From Methanothrix sp. (lineage in GTDB: Archaea; Halobacteriota; Methanosarcinia; Methanotrichales; Methanotrichaceae), in NCBI GenBank assembly GCA_037128175.1, contig JBAXWY010000038.1, positions 1-26,913 on the forward strand: DNA of 26,913 nucleotides. Reading direction: 5' to 3'. The notes beneath the pieces were generated by a model. It saw nothing but the letters and a program-made list of their open reading frames with translations. It was not told the DNA's origin and did no database searches. Shown here one piece after another: positions 26,860 to 26,913 of this stretch. Within the stretch, counting starts at the first letter, position 1. Each line of letters opens with the position of its first letter. Position numbers and translations under genes: made by a program.

Positions 26860-26913
26860 GAGGATTCCTATTTACTGGCATTTAAGAGAAACCTCCGAGA
26901 AAAGTGCGTTTTT
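26860..26913. mobile_element. Terminus of a multicopy IS at the right contig end, inserted in ISAzo13
   Basis: Exact reverse complement of 1-54; begins where the ISAzo13 coding sequence stops. Confidence 0.75.

Overview
Archaeal DNA, most consistent with a Methanothrix/Methanosaeta-like methanogen (inferred from fwdG/B/D-like genes, aIF1/SUI1, a CetZ/FtsZ-like gene, nadX-nadC, archaeal tRNAs and TATA-type promoters). The first and last 54 bp are exact reverse complements, most likely the same IS terminus at both contig breaks. The left ~13.3 kb is accessory and patchy in GC, organised around two minus-strand tRNA-Leu genes (TAA at 3417-3500, TAG at 13338-13420). Downstream of tRNA-Leu(TAA) lie a dead tyrosine integrase, an IS5 remnant, a low-GC ICMT/MddA-like methyltransferase and iteron-like repeats. 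Downstream of tRNA-Leu(TAG) is a duplicated scaffold (tRNA 3' end, unannotated ~50-aa ORF, variable cargo, dead receiver-domain fragment). One copy carries an AIPR defence gene and the other a cytochrome b561-like gene. Inside it, an apparently non-coding, densely hairpinned ~400-nt plus-strand segment (about 10018-10415) resembles group II intron domain I and ends in an IS200/IS605 (TnpB-type) right end inserted in the last codons of an ASCH gene. The right half is GC-rich core genome: a fwdG-fwdB-fwdD-argF-HEPN-MNT run whose FwdB lacks two conserved active-site residues, two vWA membrane proteins, SUI1, a CetZ/FtsZ-like gene, a surface protein, divergent nadC/nadX and a truncated ISAzo13. 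All family calls are by-eye motif recognition; no database search or folding program was run.
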